DNA from: an uncultured virus (IMG/VR IMGVR_UViG_3300017724_000001)
Taxonomy: Duplodnaviria; Heunggongvirae; Uroviricota; Caudoviricetes; Crassvirales
Direction: 5' to 3' (one strand)
IMG/VR virus record: IMGVR_UViG_3300017724_000001
DNA: 64,000 nucleotides
The notes beneath the pieces were generated by a model. The model did not search any database, had not been told where the DNA came from, and saw only the letters and a list, made by a program, of their open reading frames with translations. A program made the translations under genes and the position numbers. Shown here in pieces: positions 1 to 13,400 of the stretch (the stretch's first letter is position 1; each line of letters starts with the position of its first letter).

Positions 1-1047
1 GGTAAGCTAGATAAAGAATGGAAAAAAAGAAGATTTGATGGTAAGAGAGGTGGTTATACTGTAAATGCTCCTGGTTTTGATATGAACTATCAACCAAGAG
101 ATGAGAAGTTTATGGATTTACCAGATGATCCAGAAAAGATTACAAAGAAACCAGAAGTACAGCCTAAACCAGAAGTAGATCCACAATGGTGGCAACAAGA
201 TATAAATAATCTTATTGCTCAAAATAATATAAAAGATAATCTATATCTTCCATTTGCTCCAGTATTAGAGGATCAAAAAATTGATTATGTATTAGATGAC
301 TATACTGGTAGAGTAAATGCTAATCTTGCTGCTCAAAATACAATGGCGCAGGCACTAGGTGCTTATGGTCCACAGGCAATTGCACGTAGTAACATTCAAG
401 GTAAAACTTTAGATGCTAATGCTAAAGCTATTAATCAAGTTAATCAGAACAATGTCAGAACTATGAATCAAGTTGCAACTATGCAGCCTCAGTTAGACAT
501 GAAAGTTGATCAGTTAAATAATGCAACAACCAAAAAACTATATGATGATACAGTTACTGCATTGCAAAATGCCGATAACTTTAAGAATTGGCAAACTGCA
601 AAAACAAATGAGTTATATAATGCAGGACTTACCAATATGGCTAATACATATAATATGAATCAACTGTATGATTATTATAATGTTAATCCATCTAGAGCAG
701 GTATAGTAGAATTTGGTCCAAATGGCAAAAAATTAATGAAAGATAATCAAGGAGATCAAGTTCAATCAAATATAGAAAAGTGGCAAAGACTGCAAGAACT
801 TGTTGGTAAAGATGAAAAGGGTAATCAAAGGGAAGTTACAGAAAGCATGTGGGAAAGAATATATGGTCCTGTAAGTTCTTCTACTAATACTCAAAGAACA
901 TATGGTCAAAATGAACTTAACACTCAAGGAGCACCAGTAGGATATGATGCAGCTAGGAATACAATAACTAGATCACAAAAAGGAAAAGAAATAAAAAAGT
1001 TATCAAAGTGGGCGGTACCATTTTACAGTGGTAAGATGGGAATGTAA
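1..1047 (+). CDS. Virion/cargo protein, C-terminal part (5' truncated by window edge)
   Basis: The frame is open from base 1 through the tracked ORF 82..1047. The product is Asn/Gln-rich and helical and lies directly upstream of the giant virion proteins, as in crAss-like phages. Confidence 0.6.
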   Translation, partial: GKLDKEWKKRRFDGKRGGYTVNAPGFDMNYQPRDEKFMDLPDDPEKITKKPEVQPKPEVDPQWWQQDINNLIAQNNIKDNLYLPFAPVLEDQKIDYVLDDYTGRVNANLAAQNTMAQALGAYGPQAIARSNIQGKTLDANAKAINQVNQNNVRTMNQVATMQPQLDMKVDQLNNATTKKLYDDTVTALQNADNFKNWQTAKTNELYNAGLTNMANTYNMNQLYDYYNVNPSRAGIVEFGPNGKKLMKDNQGDQVQSNIEKWQRLQELVGKDEKGNQREVTESMWERIYGPVSSSTNTQRTYGQNELNTQGAPVGYDAARNTITRSQKGKEIKKLSKWAVPFYSGKMGM

Positions 1048-1106
1048 ACCTAAAGGGTTTATACAAAACACTTTGTAAACTTATATAATTATATTAATTT
1101 TACATT

Positions 1107-4100
1107 ATGGCAACATACGTTAAAGGAGCAGATACTTATTTACCAGACATTAAACCGTTTACACCGGATTATAAATTCTTGTCTGCTGTTCTACAAACTA
1201 GAACTGATAAGTATGATGCTAATTACAAAGCTACAAATGACTTATATAATAAAGTTGTTTATGCAGACTTATCAAGAGAAGATACTAAAGAGAGGAGAGA
1301 TCAATATGCTGAGCAAATTGCTCCTCAAATAGAACAAATATCAGGATTAGATTTATCATTAGCTTCTAATGTAGATGCGGCTAAAAGTGTTTTTGCACCA
1401 TTCTATGAAGATGATATTACTGTAAAGGATATGGTCTATACCTCAAGGTTTAGAGATCAATCACAAAGAGCACAGAACTTATTAAATTCTCCTGATCAAA
1501 CGGTACAAGAAAAATACTGGGATGTTGGAATGAGAGGCATGCAATATAAAATGGATGAGTTTATTAATTCTGATCCAGAAGATGCATTAAGAATGTCTTT
1601 GCCTGATTATGTGCCTAAAGCTAACTTATTTAAAATGAGTCAGCAAATGTTGGCTAACATGGATCCACCATTGAAAATGAAAATGGATAGGTTTGCTAAA
1701 GTACCAAACCCAAACTTTGATCCTAATAAACCTGTATCACGTGAAAATAGAAAAGAAATAGCCAACACTGATTGGATTATTACTGAACAAAATGGTTCTT
1801 TGGTTACTGGTGCAGCACTACAACAGATTAGAAATAACCTATTAGATAATCCTTCTGTACAAAAAGCTTATCAAATGGAAGCTTATGTTGCAGGGATGGA
1901 CTTTGCAACTGATGCTGTTAATAATGGTGCAGCTGCATCTCTTAGTAACGGTCAAGAAATGTGGGCCAATGAAACTATTAGAAGAATAGAAGCTAGAAAT
2001 TCTGCTGAGTTAAATAATGATGTAGAAGCATTACGTAAAGCAGAAAATTCTGCTGTTACATGGTCTAACTATAAAGCTAAAAATGGTATTGTACCGGGTA
2101 GTGGTCTTGATAAATTAGACAGAGAGCAACTATCTGATATAGAAAAGTATAAATTAGATATAGAAGCTAAAAAACAAATAGCACAAGAAGTCAATAGACC
2201 TACTCCTACAAATCAGAATGTTATAAATAAAGCATATAACTTGTATATGCAAAGTAACATTATAGATGATATGAAAGAATCTGCTCAAGCATGGAGTGCT
2301 AGAGACTATATCTTTGAAATGAAACCTAATGAATTTGCTGTTAAGGAAAAGGAGTTTAAATATAACATGGCAGAAATTCAAGCACGTGCTACTAATGAAT
2401 TTAACCTTGCAGCATATAAAGCAAATAGAAAAGATGATAATACTTTATTAGAGAAAGGGTATAAGTATGACAAGAAAGGAAACCTTGTTGCATTACCTTG
2501 GGCTGAAGGATCTGCTGCTGCTGGTGGTGGTTTTTTTGGTGATTTAGCATCTATGTTAAATGAACCTGTGTTTAGTCTTTCAGATGCAAATACTATAACT
2601 GGTGCAGTAGATGAAGATGGTAATTTTACGGCTAATTCAGATATTGTAGGAACTACACAAAAAGCTTATGCGGAACATTTACAGTCTACTGCTGTAGATT
2701 ATGTTGGAGCAATATTGGGTACAGATAACCAAAGCGGAATGCTGCAGCTAATGTACCCTAAAGGAAATACAAATGCTGAAGATCAAACCTATAGTATAAA
2801 TATTAAAGGCAGAGGAGAAGTAAATGGAAGTATTAGTGATTTAAGAAGAATATTAAGTACTCCTGCTAATTCAGATGGAACTGGAGGGTTAAAATATATA
2901 GATGCTATCAAAGAATTATATAATACAAATAAAGCTGCATTTATAGATACTAGACAGGTAACTAAAGATAATATACCTACTACTCAAGATCAGTCAACAC
3001 AATATGATGCTTTGTATAATAGAATGGTTGGGGTTAATGGTATAGATACAAAAGCAAAAGCAGGTGATATAATTATTCAAGAAGCATATAGAACATATAA
3101 AGAGGCTTATGATAACAATGATGTTTTAAATACTGTGACATCTGGGTCTACTGTAGCTAAAAATATAAAGGGCATGTTAGATGCTGGTATGCCAGGTTTG
3201 TTTGATGAGAATGGTGCACCTTATGGTACTAGAGAAGAACATTTTCAAGAAGCTTTAAGAAGAGTTCAGAATAATGAATTAACTAATACAGATCAATCAT
3301 GGGTAGTAGACGGTTCAGCTGATGAAAGATATATGATTGATGAAGTAACATATACTCCATATACAACTAGAGATGGTGAAGGTGGAACGGTAACAAAATA
3401 TAGAGAGACTAAAACAGGTAATAAAGTTGTTGATGAAGCTGAACTTAGACGTGAAGCAGGAAAAGTTTTTGATGCTTTAGCATTAGAATTAAATGCTGCT
3501 TTAACAGATCAAAGAGATGCTAACACTGCGTCAGCTTCATTTGAATCTATTAAGAATGGTGTCCAAGGTGGCTATGCAGATATAGTAAATAATCCTACAT
3601 ATACATATGAATTTAATCCGTTATCACCAAGCCCCAATGCATTTGGAGAAATGCAAAACATGCTTGGTCAATTAAAGTACTTAAAAGAAAACGGTATTCC
3701 ATTTGGTATAGGTACTGGTACATTGAAAAATGAAGATCAACTTCTACAGAGAGATGGTCTTGGTACTAAGGTTTTGGATCTATTAATAAAAGATACACAA
3801 ACTTGGCTTAATAATCCTAAAAGATCTAATACAGCAGCAATTGCTCCTATATTTAGACTTTCATACAAATCTGTTTTTGATATAGCATCTAAGGCAGACA
3901 AAACGCATGCTGGTTTTGAAATAGATAATATGTCTGAATGGTTAGCTTCAAAAGTAAAAGGACCAACATCAGACGTTACAAAACAATTTGGTGCATTAAC
4001 TACTGATGACATTGCTTTATTAAAAGGAGCCGGTGAGGATGATCAAGGAACGGGTATATTTCTTGTCTTTGATCAAAAGTATGATCTAAACCCTAAAGCT

Positions 4101-4469
4101 AGAAAAAATGATTATTTTTCTTCTACTGAAATGGATATATTAGGAGGAGATAATAGTACTTATCATGATTATGTTGTTCCTAATGATGATGGAATTACAA
4201 ATACAGGTACTTTTAGAATTACTAAAAATGGAACCGGTGACTATGATATGATATATGAAATTAATAGATATAATCCTAAGCCAACAGATCCAGCTGAACA
4301 AGCTAATTGGACTGAATATACAACTTCAACTGGCTCAGAGAAAATGGATTTTAGCCAAGGTTTAATGGGTATTGATCAGCAAACAATGAAGATGCAGGAA
4401 CTCTTAGAAAATATTAGAACTAATAATAGAGCTTTGCAGAAAAAAGATAAAGCTATACACGGTAAATAA
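1107..4469 (+). CDS. Large virion cargo/ejection protein (1120 aa)
   Basis: Long ORF. The N-terminus (PFTPDYKFLSAVLQTRTDKYD) and its position before the virion RNAP resemble crAss-like internal virion proteins. Confidence 0.65.
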   Translation: MATYVKGADTYLPDIKPFTPDYKFLSAVLQTRTDKYDANYKATNDLYNKVVYADLSREDTKERRDQYAEQIAPQIEQISGLDLSLASNVDAAKSVFAPFYEDDITVKDMVYTSRFRDQSQRAQNLLNSPDQTVQEKYWDVGMRGMQYKMDEFINSDPEDALRMSLPDYVPKANLFKMSQQMLANMDPPLKMKMDRFAKVPNPNFDPNKPVSRENRKEIANTDWIITEQNGSLVTGAALQQIRNNLLDNPSVQKAYQMEAYVAGMDFATDAVNNGAAASLSNGQEMWANETIRRIEARNSAELNNDVEALRKAENSAVTWSNYKAKNGIVPGSGLDKLDREQLSDIEKYKLDIEAKKQIAQEVNRPTPTNQNVINKAYNLYMQSNIIDDMKESAQAWSARDYIFEMKPNEFAVKEKEFKYNMAEIQARATNEFNLAAYKANRKDDNTLLEKGYKYDKKGNLVALPWAEGSAAAGGGFFGDLASMLNEPVFSLSDANTITGAVDEDGNFTANSDIVGTTQKAYAEHLQSTAVDYVGAILGTDNQSGMLQLMYPKGNTNAEDQTYSINIKGRGEVNGSISDLRRILSTPANSDGTGGLKYIDAIKELYNTNKAAFIDTRQVTKDNIPTTQDQSTQYDALYNRMVGVNGIDTKAKAGDIIIQEAYRTYKEAYDNNDVLNTVTSGSTVAKNIKGMLDAGMPGLFDENGAPYGTREEHFQEALRRVQNNELTNTDQSWVVDGSADERYMIDEVTYTPYTTRDGEGGTVTKYRETKTGNKVVDEAELRREAGKVFDALALELNAALTDQRDANTASASFESIKNGVQGGYADIVNNPTYTYEFNPLSPSPNAFGEMQNMLGQLKYLKENGIPFGIGTGTLKNEDQLLQRDGLGTKVLDLLIKDTQTWLNNPKRSNTAAIAPIFRLSYKSVFDIASKADKTHAGFEIDNMSEWLASKVKGPTSDVTKQFGALTTDDIALLKGAGEDDQGTGIFLVFDQKYDLNPKARKNDYFSSTEMDILGGDNSTYHDYVVPNDDGITNTGTFRITKNGTGDYDMIYEINRYNPKPTDPAEQANWTEYTTSTGSEKMDFSQGLMGIDQQTMKMQELLENIRTNNRALQKKDKAIHGK

Positions 4470-4483
4470 TAAATCAAAATTAG

Positions 4484-7400
4484 ATGGAAAACGAATCTAA
4501 CAAGCCATTACAGCAAGAGATTAGAAATCAAGAAAGACCTGCCCCAAGCATTATACCTGAAGGGCAGTTCCGCTTTGAGCCTATGGCAGAAATGTTTGAA
4601 ACTCCTGAAGAAAACTTTAATGACTATTTGCTAAGTAGTAGTTTAGCAGCAGATGATATTTCCGGTGTTAATGAATATAAAGCAGATATAGATAAGTATG
4701 GTATAGGTGCTATGGCTTCATTAGGAGTTGGTGTACCTAGTTTTGCAACTGATACATATAATCCAATAACTCAAGATATACCTAAAGAAAATGACTATAC
4801 AAAAGTTAAGAACGTATTAACTTTAGATCCAAAACCATTTGTTGATAGCAAAATAACTCCTGTTTTTTCTGGTATGAGGCAGGGTCAATTTTTGAGATAT
4901 TATAATCATCCTGAATTTGATAAGTTAGGTTATACACCATATTCTAATATGGAAAACTTTTATAATGCAAACTCTACTATCTGGGATGACATGACTAGAA
5001 TGAAAGGTCAATGGATGTCTCTTGCTGGCACTGGTTTAAACTCTGTATATGAGTTTGCTACAGGAGGAGATTACTTAGCTCCTGATTTTGAAACTGCAAC
5101 TGAGTTTGAAGATACCATGGGAATTGCTTCATCAACCAGAGGAGGTGCTGGTGCTTTCTTTAATAATTTAGCAGCTAACTCTGCATATACATTTGGTATA
5201 TTAGGTTCTATTGCTATTGAAGAAATTATCCTAGCTGGTGTTTCTGGTTTATCTGGAGGTACCCTTGCTCCAGCTGCTGGTGCAAAAACTGTTGCAAATG
5301 TTGCTAAAGCAGGAAAAGCTATATACAGTTTTAGTAAGCTGTTTGATAGAACAAGAAAGATACTTCAAAAAGCAAAACAGCTTGAAACAGCAAGAGATTT
5401 TTATAATGCTTCTGTTACAGGTGGAAAAATGGTGCTTAATACATTAGGAAAAGGGTTTACACCAAACACAGTAAAAGCATTCCAAAACATGAAGACAGCA
5501 CAAAATGCTGGGCAAAACATGACTAATCTTGCTAAAATGAGTTCTGGCTTTGGTGGTTTCTATAGAGATCTTAGAGCTGTAAATTTAGCAATGGCTGAAA
5601 GTAAATTGGAATCAGGTATGGTTTACAACAAGGTTCTTAAGCAAGGTCTTACAGATGCTAATAACTTTAGTGGCGGACAAGGTATTACTGATGGTAGAGA
5701 TGTATCTAATGCTGCTAATCAAGCTGCATTTAAAACATTATTGGGTAATGCACCTCTTATATATGCTAGTAACTGGTTTGTTATTGGTAATGCTATGGGT
5801 GGTTTTCAAAGAGGAATACAAAGGACTTTGGGTTCTACATTTCAGAAAGGCATAAATAAAAATATTGTTAACACCGCAGGTAAAAAAGTTATCAATGGTG
5901 CAGGTGAAGTAATTAAAAGCCCATTTAAATATGTAAGTGGTGGATTCAAAAACACTTTAGCAAAAGTTAAAGCAGGAGGTTTTAAAGGTATTGTTGGTTC
6001 GGGTGGTATAGCTATGCTTGATTATTTTGCAGCCAATGTTGCTGAAGGTATACAAGAAATTGGACAGGAAGCTATTTCTGCAGCAACAGTAGGTTACTAT
6101 ACAGAAGTACTTAACAATCCAGCTCAAGGTGGTGAAGCACTTAAAAATCAAATGATACTATCAGCAATGGGTGATCAGTTTTCATCTGAGGGAGCAGGTG
6201 TGTTTTTATCTGGTTTTTTAATGGGTGGTTTAGTGCAAGGTCCTCAAAAGTTATTCTTTCAAGGTATACCTTCTATATATAACTATGGTCTTCAGGAAGC
6301 TGGTATAGGTTTGGCAACTAAGTCTCAGAAAGAGGCATATGCTGAATACAAGACTAATAGAGAGAACATGATTAATAAGGTTGTTGAATCTTATAACAAA
6401 TCTTGGGATGCTCAAGCAATAGATCCTTCTAGTTTATTTGATGTAAACAGATTAAACTTTATGATTCAGAAAGAAGCAGCTGAAAACATAAAGGGTGCTC
6501 TTGATATATTTAATTTTGTTGATAGTGCTGATAGAGCTAAATTCCAACAATACTATACAATGTTTGCTGGTAATGGGTCACAACATTTTAAAGATCAATT
6601 AAAAGGGTTTTTAGAATTAACAGATGAAGAGTTAGCTCAAGCATTTCCAGGCGTATCTAATAAAGATAAAAAAGATGGTAAGCTAAGAGGACGTATTAAT
6701 GATATGCTTGTGGGTATTGATAAGATGGAGGAGTCTTATAATTTAAACAAGGATAAATACAAAAACCCTTTTAACAAAAATAAATTTAATCCTAAGACTC
6801 AACAAAGAGAATACATTAGAGAAATGTTAAATGAAGAAGCATATGAACATGTGCGTTATTTATATATGTTTACTAATGATGGATTTACAAGAGCATTAGA
6901 AAGAGCAGATAGTATCTACACTAAATTACAATCTGATCCGCTATTTGATAAAATGTCAGCAAATGATATAACAAACTTGCTTGATGAAAAATCAATTCAG
7001 AATGAAATAGATATGCTTAACCTTGAGATTATTGCAACTGAAGGTTCAGATAAAGGTATTGGAGAATCTAATAAAACAAAAAAAGAAAAAATAAAAAGAC
7101 TAAAAGCCATTCAAAAAATCATTACTGATCCAAAGAATAGATTTAAGAATGGAACCTTTAAAAGAAACAAACTTTTAAAAGGAAAGCTTAGAACTGAATT
7201 TAGAAACTATGTAAGATTCATGGCATCTGCTGCTGGTACATTTGCTGATGAATCAAAAATAGATGCAGCTCTTGAGCAAATTGTTGACTACGGTGCTTTA
7301 AAAGGAAGAGCACGTGTATATGATAAAGCTATTCAATACATGCAAAATCCAGAAAAGTTTTCTGAGATTCAACAAAGACAATACGAAGTAAACAAAGAGA

Positions 7401-10400
7401 TTTATAATCAGCGTTCTAAGATAACTGAAGCAATGTTAAAGCAGTATGTAAGTATTGTTGAGGCAAATGAATTAATAAATCAGTTAGGTAAAATGGGTGT
7501 ATACCCGGCTATTTCACAAACAAAAATGTTTTTGGAAACAGGTAATGTAACATTTTTACAGGACTTCTATGATGATAATGGTAAGGTTGTACCAGAAGTA
7601 CATTCAGTATTATTTAAACAAATTCAAAGTCACCTAAACGTTTATAAAGAAACTAGAGCAGAAAGCACTCAACCTGAAGAAGTAAAAACAGAAGAAGAAA
7701 TATCTATTGAAGAAAGTGAAGAAACTAGATCTGCACTAGATATGCTTTTAGATAAAGCGGGAATAGATATTAAAATTGATGTAAGTGTTAATAGCCCTTT
7801 ATTAGTCAATGCTTTAAAAAGAAGTTATAATAAATATAGAGCAAAACAAGCAAGATTAGGACAGCCTATTTTAGATAGCACTGAATGGATGAATACTGCA
7901 GAAGCAGTGAATATTAGAAATGTTGTTAATGCTATAAAAAAGGTTTGGGCATCAGGAAAACCTGAAGTAAATGTTGAGGGTATATTAGAGTTTATCAATC
8001 CGCTTGAAAAAGATGTAATAAAAAATGATACGGGATTTGAAGAGTTTCTACAAGACCCTGAAGTTTTAATTAACAACCCTGTTATAACATCAATACTAAA
8101 TCAATCAGGTGTTGAAATGTCTGATATTGTTGAAAGTAAAGATGTTAGTTTAGAAGAAGGGCAAGCGTTAGAAGATACACCTCAAAGAGTTTTCTATAAA
8201 GAAGGTGTTACTGCAGATATATATAAGATATCAGTAGTAGATAACCAAACAGGAGAAATTGTTGAAATGTATAAACTCCTGGATAAAAAAGGCAATGAGT
8301 TATCAGATGATATCTTAGACTTTATAGATACAAATTTTAAATCAGTACAAGGAGTATTTTTATCTGGACAAGGTAAAACAGCTAAACAAGCATTAGAATC
8401 TTTGAATGCAAATCTAGTAGACTCCACAACTCCATTTAGTTTTGACGGTGTTGATGGATTAACATATGGACAAATAGTATACAAAGATGGTGTAAAATAT
8501 ATAGTTGTTCAAGATCCAAGGTTTTCTAAAAAGTATGGAGAAAATCAAAAACTTAAAGTAATTAAAGAATCTGATAATACAGGTCCTATTTCAGAAAGAA
8601 AGTTTTTGTTTATTCCACAAGGTGAGTTTAATGGCAAGTTTACTTTAGAAGAAACTACATTTAACTTGATTCCGGATACAGTAACTAAGATTCAATTAAA
8701 AGATTTAACTTCATTCTATCCTCATGTAAACTATACTGAAGGTGGTGTGGGTACTGATAATGCTAAAGCAATAGAAAGATATAATGCTATTCTTAGTTTG
8801 CTTTCTCCTGAAGAAATAGCAGGATTGCAATTGGTTGTTATGAGAACTTCTGATGGCGGTAACAATACAGGTGCTTATGTTGCTAAAAATAGAGATGGTG
8901 AAATATATAAAGAAGCAAACCCATTAATAGATAGATTAGTAAGTAAATACGTCATTGGTATAAGAGCAGCTACATCTGATTTACGTGATAGTATTAACAT
9001 AAAACTAGTTGAGATGGGCATTGAACCATCCAATAGTGAGGAAGGAATTTTTGCTTATATAAACAATGAATCTTTTTTAATTAGAGATCAACGTACAAAC
9101 AGTCCTATAGATCCTAGATCTATGACTAGAGAACAAGCAAGCAATGTTATACTAGCAGAAAAAGGATTAAACAAAGAACAAAAAGCTGAAGCACTAGAGA
9201 AAGTGCACAGAGCGTTTGCAATAAATGCATTAATTGTACAAACATTTGATAATTTAAATATAGGTAGTGAGCCTTCATATTTTATGGCAGACTCTAAGGA
9301 GCTTCCTTTTAATATAAACTTAGTAGCCGGGGGTGGTCAAGTTGCATATGCTAAATCTAGAGAAACGGTTTATCCTATATCAATGGATGCATTGCAGTAC
9401 AATACAGCAGATCAAGAAGGTAACTTATTTGTATTTGATTTAAAATATGATAAAGAGACAGGTAAAAGAATTTATGACTTTACTACTAATTTAAAAGGTA
9501 AAGAAAGAGAGGCTTTAGAAGAAGCAATAGAGCAACAACTTAGAATGCAGAATCAGTGGGATAACTTACTGGATGCAGGAAAGGGTACTGACAGATATCT
9601 AGCTATGGTTAGGTTGCCAAATGGTACATACGCAAAAGTAAATTTAAAACCGGTTGAATATACTAATACTGAATTACAAGAATTATATGTAGATGTAGTT
9701 GAGGCAGCTAAAAGAATAGGTGCTATAAAAGATTCAGAAAAAAGTATGGAAGAAGCTGCAAAGTATAATGCAGAATTAAATGAAAGATTGTTTTTAAGTA
9801 GTTATTCGGGTAACTTAATAGAGTTAAATGTAGGACCTGACGGATCTATTTTTATTTCTTTAGATAATACAAGCACTAAAACAAGTTTAAATGTTGGTCT
9901 AAAACCAGAACAAGTTGAAGCAAAAGAGTCTGCTAAAGATGTATTTGAAGACTTACTTGCAAAGTATAATCAAGATAAAACAGTAGATGATTTAAATGCA
10001 GGATTAAAAAATAAAAACTTTAGAAAATCTTTTGCAACAGGTGTATCTCCTGATGTAATATATGAAAATAGTACTACTGAAGTTTTACCACAAGTAGTAA
10101 AAAATCAAACAGCAGAAGTTTCTGCTTCATCAGATTCTATACAATTATCACGTGATATTGCATATATTCCTAATACAGATAAAAGCAATGAGTTAGAAAT
10201 GGAATCAGCAGTAGGTAGAGATAGACCTACATCTGCAGAAGCGGAGGATTCCGTATCTGATATGGAAGAAGCTGAGTTTGATAAAATGGTAGATGATGTA
10301 TCTAATAATAACTTTGGAGAATATCAAGAAAATATTGATCATATTTCTAATGCAATACTCAGAGGGATTGAATTAACTGAAAGAGAAAAAGAGTTAATGA

Positions 10401-13400
10401 AAGACTCAAACTTTAAACAGTTAGTTAACCTTATGGTGATTAAAGGTGGAGGAGCCGGTGCACTAGCTGTAGAAAAATCAGAAAAAGAAACTACTCTTGA
10501 TAGTGTAAAAAATGAGCTTAGTGCTTTAAAGCAGAAGCTAGAAGAAGGCCTAACTACCAAGAAGGATAAAATAAAAGCTATTAAAGAAAGCAAGGAGTAC
10601 CAAGATTTATTAGCTAAAAGAAAAAAACTAGAAAGAGGAGCTAATAAGCTAGTACAAGCAACATCAGAAGTAGAGCGTATAGAAGACTACAATGAGTTTT
10701 TAGATTGGGCTAATGATAATTTACCAGATATAATTGGTGTAGAAGATCTTTTGGTTCTTGCTGACAATGGTATTTCTAAAGGATATGAAAGAGTAGGTTC
10801 TTTTGTATTAAATTTAGATAGGGTAGCTAATGGAGTAGATGTAAACGGTATTATATATACAAGCCCATTAAGCCCTTATAAATACCATGAGGCATTCCAT
10901 AGTATATTTAGAACAGTTCTTACTCAAGGGCAGATTGATAGATATAGAAGTATTGCTAAAAAAGAATTAAAAGCCAAGTATGGATCTAAGTATAAAATAG
11001 AATTAGAAAAGTTTAAGAATTCAGCTGAGCAATATAAAGAAATGTCTCAACTTGAGTTAGAAAATGAGTTTGCTGAAGAATATATGGCGGATGAATTTGA
11101 TGCATTCAAAATGAATCCAAGAAGCTCAAAAATAGATACAGAAATAAAATCATTTTTTACTAAGTTAATAGAGTGGATTAAAGCTGTATTTTCTAAGTAC
11201 TCTTCTACAGAGTTACTAACGTTATATGAAAATATAGATTCAGGTAAATTTAAAAATGCCCCTGTACAACTTAATGAATTTACACAACTTGATGACTCTT
11301 TAAGCGGTGCGTTTAGTATTGCCAATGCATTAGTTAGATATGACACAGCATCTAAAGCTGTAGAAAATGGTGAGCCTGCAGGAGAGCTATATGTTGACTC
11401 AGATGTAATAGATCCTTTAATTAGATCTATGGCTGGTATGTTTATAAATAGAGTAAATGAATTATCATTAACTGAGAAGTCATATAACCCTACAAAAGTA
11501 TATAATGATCTTGAAACAGATTTCATGATTATGCTTGATCCAGAGGGAGAAGCCAACAAAGGTTTTTCTGGAACAAAGAAAGCATATCTTGAACAAATTG
11601 ATATGGCATTTATAAATTATCCTGAAGACATTAAAAAAGAAGTGTTTGCTTTGATTAATGTTATTTCTGATATGGATCAGGCTAATCAATTAAAAATAGA
11701 AAATGTTGAAGAGACTTCAGGTATAAGAAGTACAAGTGACTTTAATAAAGATGCAGCAGAGATAGGTGGCTTTAACTCTTTATCATATAAAGTAAGATCA
11801 TATATAGCTACTACAACAATGGTTGATACTGACTTCTTTGGTAAGACAGAATTAACTGAGGGTGAAGCATTGATTGTTCCTGTTAAATTTCAAGAAGCAT
11901 ATACTAGCTTATTAAAATCAGTTTCAAATGAAAGTGATCCTGTAGTTATGCTTAAAAGAATGTATGCATATTCTAGATTAAATCCACAAGGTAAGGCGGT
12001 TGTAGATAAATTATTTAATGATACGGGATTAACAATAGAAGGTCTAACATCAGAGCAACCATTTAAAGATGTTAAAGATGGTTCATTATTGATATCAATA
12101 TTAAAAGGATTTGAAAACTACAAGGTTGATTATCTATTTAATGAAAGAGATGGTAATGGTAACTTATTAGTATATACTGCATCTGAAAGAGATGATATTA
12201 ATGCTCAGTTAGATGAATGGGCTCAAGCATACATAACAAAAAGAAAACTTGCTGCAGCTAACCCTAAGAGATTAAAGCAATTCTTAAGCCTTACTAAAGA
12301 TATGAAAGAGGCAATGACTTCATATCCAGAGTCAACATCTTTAGCATATCAAATGTCTAGAGAGTTTTCTCAACGCATGTTTGATCTAATAGGTATTAGA
12401 TTAAGCCCTAACTACATTGCATATAGTATTGCTAAATCTAAAACAGAAGCTGACTTAAAAAACAGTCCTGAATTAAAAGCATTGTCAGATGGATATACAG
12501 AGGAACCAATAACAAATGACTTATTAGATCAATTATATTCTGGGTTTAGTACAAATGCAAATATATATTCCACTAAACAGGATGGTATGGCATCAAGACT
12601 TACTAAGCTTAGTATTTCTAATGCTGCATTTGATGAAACAATTGGATCATCAACATTTATAAATCCTAATGGTGATATTGTATATGCTCATCAATTACCT
12701 ACATATCATTTAAAAAGCATTGGGTCATTAAATAACAGATCTAAAATTGAACAATTAAAAAGTGAAGACTTTTTATCAAATAATTATTTGCTTAATAGTG
12801 AAGCATTTTTAAACTTATCTGATCAGAATAGACTAAAAGTAATAAGAGTTGCTGGTAGTAAAATTAAAGAGCAAATTACAAACGCTGAAAATGATCAAGC
12901 TGTTGAAGATATATTAAATGAATCTATATCAAAAAATAAATCAACACAAAGTTTTGGAGAGTTTACGCCACAAGAGTTTGCTATAGCTATTATAAACAAC
13001 TATGTTTCTAATTTTAACAGAAGAACGGGTAGAGTTGAAACTGTAGAAGGAAAAGGCGGCCAACAAGTTGCAATGGCTCCTGTATTTTTAAGAGTAATGG
13101 AAGCAGCTAACACTGGAGACCTAACAAGTTTGCCTGTTATTAAAGCAGTTACTGAAGTTAACGGTAATGTTGTTCTTACACCGGAAGCTATTAATGTATT
13201 TATAAATAGTATAGAGGCTGAGTTTAATAGAATTAGCAAAGAAACATTAGCATTTGAAAATGCACCCGGTGATATTCAAGGATTTAATAATGAAAAAAGT
13301 GATAGGTCTGATAAAGGTAGAGCATTCAAATTTACTAATAATGGATTATTGCTTTCTGAATCAACCAAAAAAGCACTAATACAAGTTGCTATTGATAAAG